From Patescibacteria group bacterium (lineage in GTDB: Bacteria > Patescibacteriota > Microgenomatia > UBA1400 > UBA1449): a stretch of DNA of 64,000 nt. Position numbers and translations under genes: made by a program. This document shows, one piece after another, positions 1 through 9,372 of this stretch. The stretch spans positions 4,431 through 68,430 of the forward strand of contig JBMNOG010000004.1 of the NCBI GenBank assembly GCA_050942955.1, read 5' to 3'. Position 1 is the first letter of the stretch, and every line of letters begins with the position of its first letter. The notes below the pieces were generated by a model, which did no database searches, was not told the origin of the DNA, and saw only the letters and a program-made list of their open reading frames with translations.

Positions 1-1284
1 CTCTTTCATATCGTACCTATCCCAATCTTCGGTTTTTAACAGTCCCTCCTTTTGGCACTCTTTAAATAGTCTTGTCCCTGGATATGGCACCACTAGCGTT
101 ACCTGGAGTGAATCAATAAGCCCTCTTTCAAAGAGTCTCTTTGTTTTTGTGATTGTATTTTTCGCCTCAGCCTCAGACTCCCAAGGGTAGCCAACCATAC
201 AGGTAACATGTGGCTGAAGGTTGCCGTTCGTTTCCCGGTTTACTTTTTTAATTATTTCCAGTTCTTTCTCAACATCTGTAACACGTATCCCTTTACCGAT
301 ACGGTCAAGCGTTTCCTGATTCGCCGACTCAAGCCCATACAGAAGAAATCTAAAATTGGCTTTAGCCATATACCTATAATCTTCCTGAGTTAAAGCACCA
401 AAACGCATATTACAGCTTAGTCTCACCTTTTTGTGGTACCCCCTTTTAACCATACCTTTGCAAAACAGGCGCAGCCACTTGCCTACCATCATTGTCCCGG
501 CATCATCCATAATTTCCTTTACGTTATACTTCTTAATTAGTTCTCCTATTTCATCTAAGACATTCTCAGCACTTCTTACCCTAAACTTCGGGTAGAGAGT
601 CGTCCAAGAACAAAAAGAACAGCCGCCGGTTTTCCTCCACCAGCAATCTCTTCCGGACATAATGTAAGTACCTGGCGTATACTTAAAGTTGCCGTTTTCG
701 TGTGCGTAGAGCTGCCAACGGGTCAGCTCTCTGTCAATAAACGGCACGGTGTTTAGATCATGATTAAGTGCAAACCGGCCAGTGCTTCTAACAGACTTCT
801 TATCCCGGTACCAAATACCCGGCTCAAGCGCAGTACCTTTAGCCAAATGATTAGCTAGGCTTAGAAGCAAAAAATCATAGTCGCCACCACAGAGGATAAA
901 ATCAACTTTTGAGTTGCTAAAACTTTCCTCAGGTAAAGCTGTCACGTGGTCTCCGACTAAAATAACTTTAGTTTTTAGCGTAGTTTTAATCTCATTAATA
1001 ATTTGCCAGTGCCGTTTGATTACCGGAGTTTTTGTTTCCATGACTATAAGGTCCGGACCAAACTCTACAACCTCTTTCAGCCAAGTTTTATATGTTTTTT
1101 TCTCAGCTATACCATCCAGCCACAAGATTTCGTGTCCATGTTCTTTAAGTAATGTTGCAGCTTGGGCGGGTACCACAGGATAAATATATGTTGCTGAAGG
1201 AAACCATTGGAACTGGCGGTTTTGACTAAGACGCGGAACACCTTTTGGAGATTTCATTGGTGGATAGCCGATAACTACTTTCAT
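1..1284 (-). CDS. B12-binding radical SAM protein (HpnJ-like), 3' end outside window
   Basis: Manual translation from ATG 1284 (MKVVIGYPP...); SGRDCWWRKTGGCSFC motif at 601-660; open to window edge, so absent from ORF track. Confidence 0.8.
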   Translation of the reverse strand, partial: MKVVIGYPPMKSPKGVPRLSQNRQFQWFPSATYIYPVVPAQAATLLKEHGHEILWLDGIAEKKTYKTWLKEVVEFGPDLIVMETKTPVIKRHWQIINEIKTTLKTKVILVGDHVTALPEESFSNSKVDFILCGGDYDFLLLSLANHLAKGTALEPGIWYRDKKSVRSTGRFALNHDLNTVPFIDRELTRWQLYAHENGNFKYTPGTYIMSGRDCWWRKTGGCSFCSWTTLYPKFRVRSAENVLDEIGELIKKYNVKEIMDDAGTMMVGKWLRLFCKGMVKRGYHKKVRLSCNMRFGALTQEDYRYMAKANFRFLLYGLESANQETLDRIGKGIRVTDVEKELEIIKKVNRETNGNLQPHVTCMVGYPWESEAEAKNTITKTKRLFERGLIDSLQVTLVVPYPGTRLFKECQKEGLLKTEDWDRYDMKE

Positions 1285-1426
1285 ACTCTTGATTATAAAG
1301 TAGAGGTAGGTTCAAAACCACGTTTAACACAACCTGACACAATAGAAAATGACAATAGCTTATAGTAAACTTTACATAGCATTCTTATTTACAAATAAAT
1401 AGCGCTTTCAAGCCGTAAAACAACCT

Positions 1427-2311
1427 ATGAAAATGAAGATCACCAAGGCAGTTATTCCGGCTGCCGGTATTGGCTCAAGATTTCTACCCTGGACAAAAGC
1501 CATGCCTAAAGAAATGCTGCCGATTGTTGATAAGCCGGTTATCCAGTACATTGTCGAAGAATGTGTTAATGCCGGTATTGAAGAAATTGTAATTGTGACT
1601 GATAGCCGCAAGCGTGCCATAGAAGATCACTTTGACTACGCGCCAGAGTTGGAGAACCGTTTGGAAAAGTCCGGCAAAATCAAACAACTTACTGAAATTA
1701 AACGCATTGCTGAACTTGCGGACTTTATCTACATCAGACAAAAGGGTCCTTACGGCAACGCTACTCCTGTTATTTCTGCACGAAAGGTTCTAGATAAAGA
1801 ACCATTTGTAGTTTTATGGGGAGATCAGTTCACTTGGGCGAAGCCTTCTAGGCTCAAACAGTGTTTACAAGTCTTTGAAAAGTACCAGAATCCCGTTTTT
1901 GCAGCTATGAAGGTAAATGATGAACAAAAAAAACACTGTGGTGTTGGAAGAGTTGAACTCATGTCAAAAAATCTCTATAAGCTAGAAGAAATTGTCGAAA
2001 AACCGGGACCGGAAAATGCCCCCTCAGACCTTATGGTATCGGGAGTTTACATATTTACGTCTGATATCTTCCCCATTCTTGAGAGGCTTACTCCCGGAAA
2101 AGACGATGAGCTGTGGCTGGTTGATGCTGTAAATCTACTTTGCAAACAAAGAGACTGCCTGGCGGTAGAAATTGAGAATGGCAAGTTTTATGACACTGGC
2201 AACAAGTTTGCCTACCACCAAACTGTTGTCGATTTTATGCTTGAGGATCCGGAGATCGGCGAAAAAATGTGGGATTATATTGCCACTAAGCTAAAAATCA
2301 AAGGAAAGTAG
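1427..2311 (+). CDS. galU: UTP-glucose-1-phosphate uridylyltransferase
   Basis: KAVIPAAGIGSRFLPWTKAMPKEMLPIVDKP signature. Confidence 0.9.
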   Translation: MKMKITKAVIPAAGIGSRFLPWTKAMPKEMLPIVDKPVIQYIVEECVNAGIEEIVIVTDSRKRAIEDHFDYAPELENRLEKSGKIKQLTEIKRIAELADFIYIRQKGPYGNATPVISARKVLDKEPFVVLWGDQFTWAKPSRLKQCLQVFEKYQNPVFAAMKVNDEQKKHCGVGRVELMSKNLYKLEEIVEKPGPENAPSDLMVSGVYIFTSDIFPILERLTPGKDDELWLVDAVNLLCKQRDCLAVEIENGKFYDTGNKFAYHQTVVDFMLEDPEIGEKMWDYIATKLKIKGK

Positions 2312-2318
2312 TTGCTAG

Positions 2319-2864
2319 TTATTCTCTACAGCAGTCTATTGCTTTTTGGACTATCTGCCCGAGCTTATCAAAGATACTTGAACTGATTTTTTCCTGAGGT
2401 TTGTTATCTTCGTCAATGAACGCAATTTCTCCTGAGTCTGATTGCTTTACTCCATTTGTCTTAACTATTCCCAGATTCAACCCCCAAAATAAGCTATAAA
2501 GTTTATATGCTTTGTCAAACATCCCCCTTGCTTTCTTATCATCACCTTTACCCAGCATCTTTGTGCCCACTTCCATAAGGCGCACTGAACCGGCCAGTAG
2601 GTGTTTACTGATACACCAAACCTCGCCTTCATAGTCTTTGATAATTTGCTTGAGAAGAGACTTACGCATTTCCCTGACGTCTTTTAGTAGGTTAAAGTAC
2701 TCATTCTTGCCGGTTTTACTGCCGCTAAAGAACAGGTGTTCCTCAATACTAATAAGATTCATGATCGCAATAGAGAGGTCCTCATCAGAAGAAAGATCCA
2801 GCTTCTCCCCTTTTTCCATTTTCTTGATTTTATCTAAAAATTGCTGGACATCTTGTTTGGCCAT
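2319..2864 (-). CDS. Hypothetical protein (helical, C-terminal DCCRE)
   Basis: 181 aa ORF with AAGGAG SD, operonic with upstream genes. Confidence 0.7.
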   Translation of the reverse strand: MAKQDVQQFLDKIKKMEKGEKLDLSSDEDLSIAIMNLISIEEHLFFSGSKTGKNEYFNLLKDVREMRKSLLKQIIKDYEGEVWCISKHLLAGSVRLMEVGTKMLGKGDDKKARGMFDKAYKLYSLFWGLNLGIVKTNGVKQSDSGEIAFIDEDNKPQEKISSSIFDKLGQIVQKAIDCCRE

Positions 2865-2874
2865 AAACTCTCCT

Positions 2875-3378
2875 TTATCTGGTTATAAAGTAAAATATGC
2901 CACTTGAAAGTAAAAGGAGAACTACGGGAAGGATCACCTTCTGGTAGTAAACAAAAACTTTACCATCATTTTTTGATCTTAGAAGACTGTCAAGTTTTAC
3001 ACTTAAGTAAAATGCAAGAGTGCCAACACCAGTTCCCAAAAGCAGTTTATCAACTCCCCACAGTGTATTAAACGGAGCGCCGATAACTTTCCCCCAATAC
3101 AAGGGCAGCAGCGTCAGAAGGTAAATAAGAGCAATAGACAAGAGTTTTTTACATGGAAGCCGAACCTGTTTTTTTTCGAGATAAGCAGCCAACCAAAGAC
3201 TACTCGATAAAAGCAAACCACCAACCCATACTCCAGATACTGCGTCGTCTATTCCTAACCAACGCGACAACCCTAAGCCTGCACCAACAGCTACAGTACA
3301 AGCAGGACAAACCGCAGAAACTGCAGGAGGAAATACTAACGATACTGACAGCAAAATTGCAAACAAAATTAAAGTCAT
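2875..3378 (-). CDS. Membrane protein with CPAC motif
   Basis: Several hydrophobic segments, AVCPACTVAVG; start set at ATG just after the upstream stop. Confidence 0.7.
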   Translation of the reverse strand: MTLILFAILLSVSLVFPPAVSAVCPACTVAVGAGLGLSRWLGIDDAVSGVWVGGLLLSSSLWLAAYLEKKQVRLPCKKLLSIALIYLLTLLPLYWGKVIGAPFNTLWGVDKLLLGTGVGTLAFYLSVKLDSLLRSKNDGKVFVYYQKVILPVVLLLLSSGIFYFITR

Positions 3379-3379
3379 A

Positions 3380-3814
3380 TTACTGTGTACTGTCAGAAGG
3401 TGATGCTCCCCCGTCCACTGGTTTCTCATACCCGATTTTTCCATTAAGATAAAGAATGATCTGATTGTTCCCTAAATAGCACTGGCCGTCTGCATACATA
3501 AATGGAATGCCAACCTTATCAACAGGGAGTCCACATTCTTGGGCTCTTTGGCCCAGTTCCTGGTTGTGTTTAGGGAAATTCTGTCCAACCTGTCTTTTCT
3601 CAATCATTAGTTTCTCATCAATGTTATTTTCCTTAATGTACTGCTCCAAATCCCGGCAATGAGGACAATCCGGGCTGGAATAAAGAATAAGCGTGCTTTG
3701 GCTTTCTGAACTTGATACGCCTTCTACCGCACCCCCACCGGAACTATTCGGAACAGTGCAGCCACCTAAAACGACAGCCAGTAGAAGCGGTAAGATAATC
3801 AGGGTTTTCTTCAT
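3380..3814 (-). CDS. Glutaredoxin/thioredoxin-like lipoprotein
   Basis: Signal peptide with LGGC, CPHC motif, GIP cis-Pro motif. Confidence 0.75.
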   Translation of the reverse strand: MKKTLIILPLLLAVVLGGCTVPNSSGGGAVEGVSSSESQSTLILYSSPDCPHCRDLEQYIKENNIDEKLMIEKRQVGQNFPKHNQELGQRAQECGLPVDKVGIPFMYADGQCYLGNNQIILYLNGKIGYEKPVDGGASPSDSTQ

Positions 3815-3911
3815 AGGGGTTGCAATAATATCAATTATAGAAAAATTTGCAACATCAGTACAGTAACAATATTCCACACTAATGCTTTACAGAGTCAAAT
3901 AGTATTTAAAT

Positions 3912-4664
3912 CTATAGCAATTTTGCTTCAATTATTTTAATTTCCTTATCTGGTCTGCCATCGCCTGTAGAAACTACAGGGTCAACTTTTTCAAGAATTT
4001 TATCCAGAACCGGAAAGTCTTTTTCGGTTATCTTGCCAAAAATGGTATATGCCGGTGGCAGTTTTGTGTCTCTTAGCATAATGAAAAATTGACTGCCGTT
4101 TGTGTTTGGCCCGGCGTTTGCCATAGCTACATAGCCTTTCTTGTAGACTGCGTACCTGCCGTTAAAGTCCGCATATAGTTCCGGGGCAATAAATTCCCCG
4201 GGCTTGTTTTCTATAAAAATCTCATCTTCAAATTCCTGACCAAACGCTGATTCGCCTCCTCTGCCGTTTCCAAGCGGGTCCCCACCTTGTATTATGGAAA
4301 AATTTTCCCTCTCAGCTATCCGGTGAAATGTCAGACCATCAAAATACTTTCTATGGGTGAGTCTAATAAAGTTTTCGGTTGTTTTAGGGGCCGCCTTATC
4401 AAGCATCTCTATGTTTAATGTACCGAAGTTAGTTTCCATAACCACTGTCCGGCCGGTTAAGACCAAATCTTTTTCCTGCTCCAGTAGTGCCTCTGGGGAA
4501 ATGGTTGGATCGGGTTGGTTTATGTTTTGTGAGTCCGTAGTGGTAGTAGTGTTTTGCGAGTTGGTATTATTCGAGTTTGTAACCACCTTGTTTGTACAGC
4601 TGGTTAGCACCAGAGCCGCAGCAATCGAGAATAAGGATAAATATTTAGCGGAATAGCTTGCCAT
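3912..4664 (-). CDS. Cyclophilin-type peptidyl-prolyl isomerase, lipoprotein
   Basis: FHRI, IQGGDP, AMANAGPNTNGSQFFI; LTSC lipobox. Confidence 0.9.
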   Translation of the reverse strand: MASYSAKYLSLFSIAAALVLTSCTNKVVTNSNNTNSQNTTTTTDSQNINQPDPTISPEALLEQEKDLVLTGRTVVMETNFGTLNIEMLDKAAPKTTENFIRLTHRKYFDGLTFHRIAERENFSIIQGGDPLGNGRGGESAFGQEFEDEIFIENKPGEFIAPELYADFNGRYAVYKKGYVAMANAGPNTNGSQFFIMLRDTKLPPAYTIFGKITEKDFPVLDKILEKVDPVVSTGDGRPDKEIKIIEAKLL

Positions 4665-4788
4665 AGGTATTTTAGCTCTTAGTAACCTTACAAGATTATC
4701 ACATTCTTCTTTTGTAAGCATGCCATATTTTGAAAATACTGCTTCACCTTTCTATAATAGAAGCGTTAGTAAATTAGGAGAACTAAGT

Positions 4789-5667
4789 ATGAACAAACAA
4801 ACAAGAGTCGGATTTATTGGCCTAGGGCTTATGGGCAACCCGATGGCAAAAAACCTTAAAAAGGCCGGTTTTGACCTGAAAGTTTACAACCGTTCTAAGG
4901 AGAAACTCGAGGAATTTATTGAGATGGGAGTGCCGGTATACAATAGTCCGGCAGAACTGGCAAAAGACTGTGATGTGGTTATAAGTATCGTTACCGGGCC
5001 TGAAGACGTTAGGGAAGTTATGGTTGGGCCTGAAGGAGTGATTGTCAGCGGCAATTCTACTCTCACTGCAATAGATATGAGTACTATCGGTCCTTCTGCA
5101 GCAACTGAAGTTGGTGAAGTACTAGCAGAAGCTGGGATAGAGTTTTTAGATGCGCCAGTTACCGGCAGTGTTGCCAAAGCCACTACAGGAGAACTGACAA
5201 TCTTTATTGGCGGCAAAGAAGATGTTTTTGAGAACGCTAAACCGATATTTAAGGCCATGGGAACAAACTTGCAGTATATGGGGAAAAGCGGCAGCGGCCA
5301 AGCTATTAAACTCATCAACAACCTTATTGTTGCCTCAACTATAACTACCCTGGCTGAAGGCTTTTTGCTGGCTGACATGATGCAACTCCCAAGAGAAAAA
5401 GTTGCACAGGCGCTGGAAGACGTGCCCGCTTTATCGTTTTTCATGAAACTTAAACTGCCAAACATGGTTAACAATGACTTTCCTGTAGCCTTTTCGATGG
5501 CCAATATGGACAAGGATTTACGCCTAGCTTTATCCGAGATGCAAAACGCAGACGGCAATCTCGAAGTGCTTAAGAAAGTTGAGCAATATTACAGTGAGGG
5601 GTTGGAAAAAGGGCTGGGAAGCAAAGACATCTCGGCAGTTCTGAAAGTTCTTCAGGAAAAAGGATAG
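4789..5667 (+). CDS. NAD(P)-dependent beta-hydroxyacid dehydrogenase (GarR/MmsB family)
   Basis: GFIGLGLMG, FLDAPVTG, GSGQAIKLINN; AGGAG SD. Confidence 0.9.
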   Translation: MNKQTRVGFIGLGLMGNPMAKNLKKAGFDLKVYNRSKEKLEEFIEMGVPVYNSPAELAKDCDVVISIVTGPEDVREVMVGPEGVIVSGNSTLTAIDMSTIGPSAATEVGEVLAEAGIEFLDAPVTGSVAKATTGELTIFIGGKEDVFENAKPIFKAMGTNLQYMGKSGSGQAIKLINNLIVASTITTLAEGFLLADMMQLPREKVAQALEDVPALSFFMKLKLPNMVNNDFPVAFSMANMDKDLRLALSEMQNADGNLEVLKKVEQYYSEGLEKGLGSKDISAVLKVLQEKG

Positions 5668-5917
5668 TAAATCTAAGAGTGTCTCTGGCAATAACAGGTC
5701 TAACTTCAAGTAAAGTCTGTGGTTAAAGTACGCTGTTTCGAGTTGTTTTCCTCAAAACGTAATTGAAATGAATATTGTGAAGTTTTCGAACTAACACCTG
5801 AGAACGAGATGAAATTTATGCTTGTTTATGCTATAATTATAGGATATACAGCTAGAGGTAGCTGTTTTTGTTTCCGCATGAAACTAACTATAAGCAGTTA
5901 TGTTTTCTTCTGGAAGC

Positions 5918-5929
5918 GCACCTTAACAA
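5918..5929 (+). promoter_or_regulatory. boxA-like motif, cassette 1
   Basis: GCACCTTAACAA, similar to rrn boxA GCTCTTTAACAA; TATAAT at 5832 and a hairpin upstream. Confidence 0.6.
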
Positions 5930-6601
5930 GCAGCAGTAGGTTTGTTTTTCCTGCCGCTTTAGGTTTGTAAAACACTATAAGCTTAAAGTGGCAGGAAAAC
6001 TTTTCTTTGGAGGAAATCATGAGCAAGATCGGAGAGTCGTTCGTTCAAGGGAAGGAGAAGGTCACAGAGGCATCAAGGAAAGGCTGGTCACTACTCAGTA
6101 CAGTGATTACAATACTTTTCTTGTTGGCCCTTGTCGACAGGTTTAACCTAGTGATCAAACTAGGCTCGAACTTGTTCGACACAACGGAGTCAGTCATCAC
6201 CGCAGGAGCAGCTGCGCCGACACAGTTCTCGAACATGGCAGTTCCGCCTCAACCACAGATGGTTTCAACCAGCCAGCACATTCTGTGCCAGGCTGAGCTG
6301 TACACCATCCAGAAAGGTGATACAGCCTGGGGGATAGCCCAGAAATTCGGCGTGCCGTTGCCACTCCTTTTGGGAGCCAACGAGATGTCTGTAGAACAGG
6401 CATCTCAACTTTCGATCGGCCAGCAGCTCCGAATCCCAGTTTTTCCGCTGGGTCAGTAGCCGTCAGCAAGACATACAAGAGACCGCACAGTGATACGCGA
6501 AGCAATTCCGCTAAGCTGTGCGGTCTCAATCTTTGGAAGATGCCAAAGAAAATCCTAACCTAAATCCCTTCTTATCCTCCATCCACAACCTACTGCTGCT
6601 T
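5928..6601 (+). repeat. 15-bp perfect long-range inverted repeat bracketing the LysM gene (cassette 1)
   Basis: AAGCAGCAGTAGGTT 5928-5942 / AACCTACTGCTGCTT 6587-6601. Confidence 0.9.
6019..6459 (+). CDS. Membrane-anchored LysM domain protein
   Basis: YTIQKGDTAWGIAQKFGV...LSIGQQLRIP; N-terminal TM; GGAGG SD. Confidence 0.85.
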   Translation: MSKIGESFVQGKEKVTEASRKGWSLLSTVITILFLLALVDRFNLVIKLGSNLFDTTESVITAGAAAPTQFSNMAVPPQPQMVSTSQHILCQAELYTIQKGDTAWGIAQKFGVPLPLLLGANEMSVEQASQLSIGQQLRIPVFPLGQ

Positions 6602-6736
6602 AATAAATACATTTTTCCATATATACGTGCCATATTTGCTTTCTCCGCTAGAAAAGACTATAATATATTATAGGATATGTTTATCCTAGGTTTATGGGCA
6701 GATAAGCCAAATGGGGCTTAAATCTACCTCTAAATT

Positions 6737-6748
6737 GCACTTTAACAA
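6737..6748 (+). promoter_or_regulatory. boxA-like motif, cassette 2
   Basis: GCACTTTAACAA downstream of TATAAT (6659) and a hairpin. Confidence 0.6.
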
Positions 6749-6834
6749 GCAGCAGCAGGCAGTTGGCTTCCCAACCATAAGGCTAGTTTATATGGCTTTA
6801 GGGGTGGGAAGTCAATAAAAAATAAAGGAGAAGG

Positions 6835-7167
6835 ATGACAAGGTGGTGCGTTCTATTCTGTGTTCTAGTAACCGCAGTACTTCTTATAGGCTGCGGCACC
6901 TTCTTCGATGGTGACGCTGTCACCGTCAACTCCGAAGCATATGGGTTTTTTAATCCGTATTGCTACGGGGATGAAAAATTTGAGAGGTGGAACTCGTTTA
7001 CCATCTCTCAAATGTGCAAGTCGGTCCTAGCTCCTTCCACAGAAGGGGTAATTGAGAAGGGTGGTGACTACGATACTGCCTTCCTCAACGGGTGTGCCCG
7101 GGTAGTTTTTCAGGATGGTCAGGTACTGTGGGTACCGACCAAATATCTAGAGAAAGGGGAAGAATGA
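6835..7167 (+). CDS. Putative lipoprotein, hypothetical (possible SH3-like C-terminus)
   Basis: Signal peptide ending LLIGC; AAGGAG SD. Confidence 0.7.
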   Translation: MTRWCVLFCVLVTAVLLIGCGTFFDGDAVTVNSEAYGFFNPYCYGDEKFERWNSFTISQMCKSVLAPSTEGVIEKGGDYDTAFLNGCARVVFQDGQVLWVPTKYLEKGEE

Positions 7168-7313
7168 TCTTAGGATTTTCGAAGTCCGTCCAACTCTGGC
7201 TCCTCGGGCTGACCCTATTGGCCATTGCTGCCATTTACATGGCAACACTGCCAGTGGCAGCAAACGAGGAGTGTCTTCTCACCCACCTGCTCGCCGCTCT
7301 TCTGGAGTGGTGA
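7164..7313 (+). CDS. Small membrane protein (49 aa)
   Basis: ATGA overlap with upstream stop; hydrophobic segment MILGFSKSVQLWLLGLTLLAIAAIYM. Confidence 0.55.
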   Translation: MILGFSKSVQLWLLGLTLLAIAAIYMATLPVAANEECLLTHLLAALLEW

Positions 7314-7314
7314 G

Positions 7315-7434
7315 ATGAAATGGGGAGGAGATTCTGTCTTCCCGGCATTTTCCGTTAGCGATAACGGTATGCTGGGCAAGGTTCTTGCCTCGGTTTTCTC
7401 CTGGCTCCGGCTGGGAAGAGGTGAGGACCGCTAG
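7315..7434 (+). CDS. Possible microprotein (39 aa)
   Basis: ATG one base after upstream stop, GGAG/GGTG upstream; ends before the 3' hairpin. Confidence 0.4.
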   Translation: MKWGGDSVFPAFSVSDNGMLGKVLASVFSWLRLGRGEDR

Positions 7435-7655
7435 GTCTGAGGCACAGGGCTGCCAGCACTCAAACAACGCCGTTTGGTGTTGTGCAGCCCTTGCCCCGCT
7501 TAGGCAAAAATAATCTTTTCTTTATTATTTGCCTTCCCTGACCCATGTTCCGCCTGCTGCTGCTTCCGTTTTCCAAAAATTCAACCACCATACAAGACAA
7601 TATTCTTCGATACAGAAAGCTGCTTTTGTACTGACCCAAGCTGCACTTAACCTGC

Positions 7656-7979
7656 CTATTCTTCAGGCTTTACCCTTTCAACAACAAACCTAAGCGCAGA
7701 ACGCTTTTCACCATCTATCTCAACAGTCACAAACTCAGGGTAAAAGTAAAGGTCGGCTCCGTACGCCAGTAAATTTCCCCTTGCGGCAATAATGGCCTTA
7801 CAAGTAATGTAGACTGCCTCTTTGCCCATAACTTGCAGTTCAACTTTATCCTGTTGCCTTAACAAACTAAAGATATGCCAACCGGCTTTGATGAAGTCGG
7901 TGTCTGCAGCGATTTTAGTATACAGCTGCTTTGCTTCGGGCTCGTCCTCGTTTAAGTATCTCTGATCTTTTTCCTGCAT
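7656..7979 (-). CDS. spoVS: SpoVS (Alba-like) family protein
   Basis: VELQVMGKEAV...KAIIAARG...PEFVTVEIDGEKRSALRFVV. Confidence 0.8.
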   Translation of the reverse strand: MQEKDQRYLNEDEPEAKQLYTKIAADTDFIKAGWHIFSLLRQQDKVELQVMGKEAVYITCKAIIAARGNLLAYGADLYFYPEFVTVEIDGEKRSALRFVVERVKPEE

Positions 7980-8165
7980 AGAATAGAATTTTGGTAAACA
8001 GGTTAATCATAATTTTTTTTATCTATTTATCAATGCATATATGATATATACCTTGTCTTATCATGTCTTGAAATTCTTTCATGACTCTTACAAAAATCAA
8101 CTTCATCTCTTACACCCTACCGCTAGGATGGCTTGGATACTAATTCCTGCCCTTGAAAGGGGTAT

Positions 8166-9281
8166 ATGAGAATTGCACAAATTGCGCCACTAGCTGAGTC
8201 AGTTCCTCCTAAAAAATACGGGGGTACCGAGAGGGTTGTTGCCGCTTTAACTGAGGGTCTAGTTTTAAGAGGTCATGATGTTACCTTGTTTGCCAGCGGT
8301 GACTCTGAAGCCAAGGCAAAACTTTTTGCCACGTACCCAAAGCACCTGCGTGAGGCTATGCCTAAAGACTCAGTTAGAAGAACCATGGCTACTTTATCTC
8401 ATCTAGGTGTGGCGTATGCTCATCAGGAGGAGTTTGATATTATCCATGACCACACAGGTTTTTACGGCAATGCTTTTGCGTATTCAGCCCAAACACCAAC
8501 ACTGGTCACTATGCATGGAGCCTTTACCAAAGAGAATATCGAACTCTTTGAGTCTTTAAGCAGGGCTTACCTTGTGACTATTTCCCACAGGCAAAGACAG
8601 TTGGCACCGCACCTAAATCATATTGCCACTATTTACAACGGCTTAAACTTTGATAACTACCCGTTTTCTGATACACACGAAGGGTACTTGCTGTACGTAG
8701 GTCGTATTAGCCAAGAGAAAGGTACACGATACACAGTTGAGGTAGCCAGAAGGCTAAACATGAGGCTTATTATTGCTGCCAAACTGGATAACCCTAAAGA
8801 CAGGCGATACTTTAAGCGCTACGTCAAACCCTACATTTCAGACAAAATCCAGTGGGTAGGTGAAGTCACAGAAGAGGAACGGAACAAACTCTATGCCAAT
8901 GCCTTGTGCCTTCTCCACCCTGTAACCTGGCCCGAACCATTTGGCTTGACCCTTATTGAAGCTATGGCGTGCGGCTGTCCGGTAATTGCTTTCAATCAGG
9001 GTTCTATTCCTGAAATTATCCAGGATAGACGGACAGGGTATATAGTTGGTAACGTCGATGAGATGGCTGCAAGAGTTAAGCTAATTAGTGAAATTAGTCG
9101 TGAGGAATGCAAAAACCACGCCAGAAATAACTTTAACGCTGATAGGATGGTTGAAGCCTACGAGTCTTTGTACTCAACGCTTTTGCAGCTTCTCAACCAG
9201 CAAAAACAGCACATTCTACCGCATACCCGAATGACTCCCCAGTATTCCGGTAAACGTAAGGCTCGTCCCACACTCCAGTAA
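8166..9281 (+). CDS. Glycosyltransferase family 4
   Basis: PPKKYGGTERVV; EPFGLTLIEAMACG. Confidence 0.9.
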   Translation: MRIAQIAPLAESVPPKKYGGTERVVAALTEGLVLRGHDVTLFASGDSEAKAKLFATYPKHLREAMPKDSVRRTMATLSHLGVAYAHQEEFDIIHDHTGFYGNAFAYSAQTPTLVTMHGAFTKENIELFESLSRAYLVTISHRQRQLAPHLNHIATIYNGLNFDNYPFSDTHEGYLLYVGRISQEKGTRYTVEVARRLNMRLIIAAKLDNPKDRRYFKRYVKPYISDKIQWVGEVTEEERNKLYANALCLLHPVTWPEPFGLTLIEAMACGCPVIAFNQGSIPEIIQDRRTGYIVGNVDEMAARVKLISEISREECKNHARNNFNADRMVEAYESLYSTLLQLLNQQKQHILPHTRMTPQYSGKRKARPTLQ

Positions 9282-9372
9282 AATAATTTATATTGATATA
9301 TTAATAAATAAGGCTCAGAAATTTGGTTGGTTTGCTTGCATTAGTGTAAAAATAGTGTAAGCTCAAAACCCG

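Larger units (their letters stand above)
6747..7565 (+). repeat. 14-bp perfect long-range inverted repeat (cassette 2)
   Basis: AAGCAGCAGCAGGC 6747-6760 / GCCTGCTGCTGCTT 7552-7565. Confidence 0.9.

Noticed and set aside
5928-7565. Interpretation of the inverted repeats as MITE/IS ends, integron attC sites or invertible-segment ends
   Set aside because: No transposase, integrase or invertase nearby, no target-site duplications seen, arms differ among loci and tolerate G-U pairs and bulges; not formally excluded.
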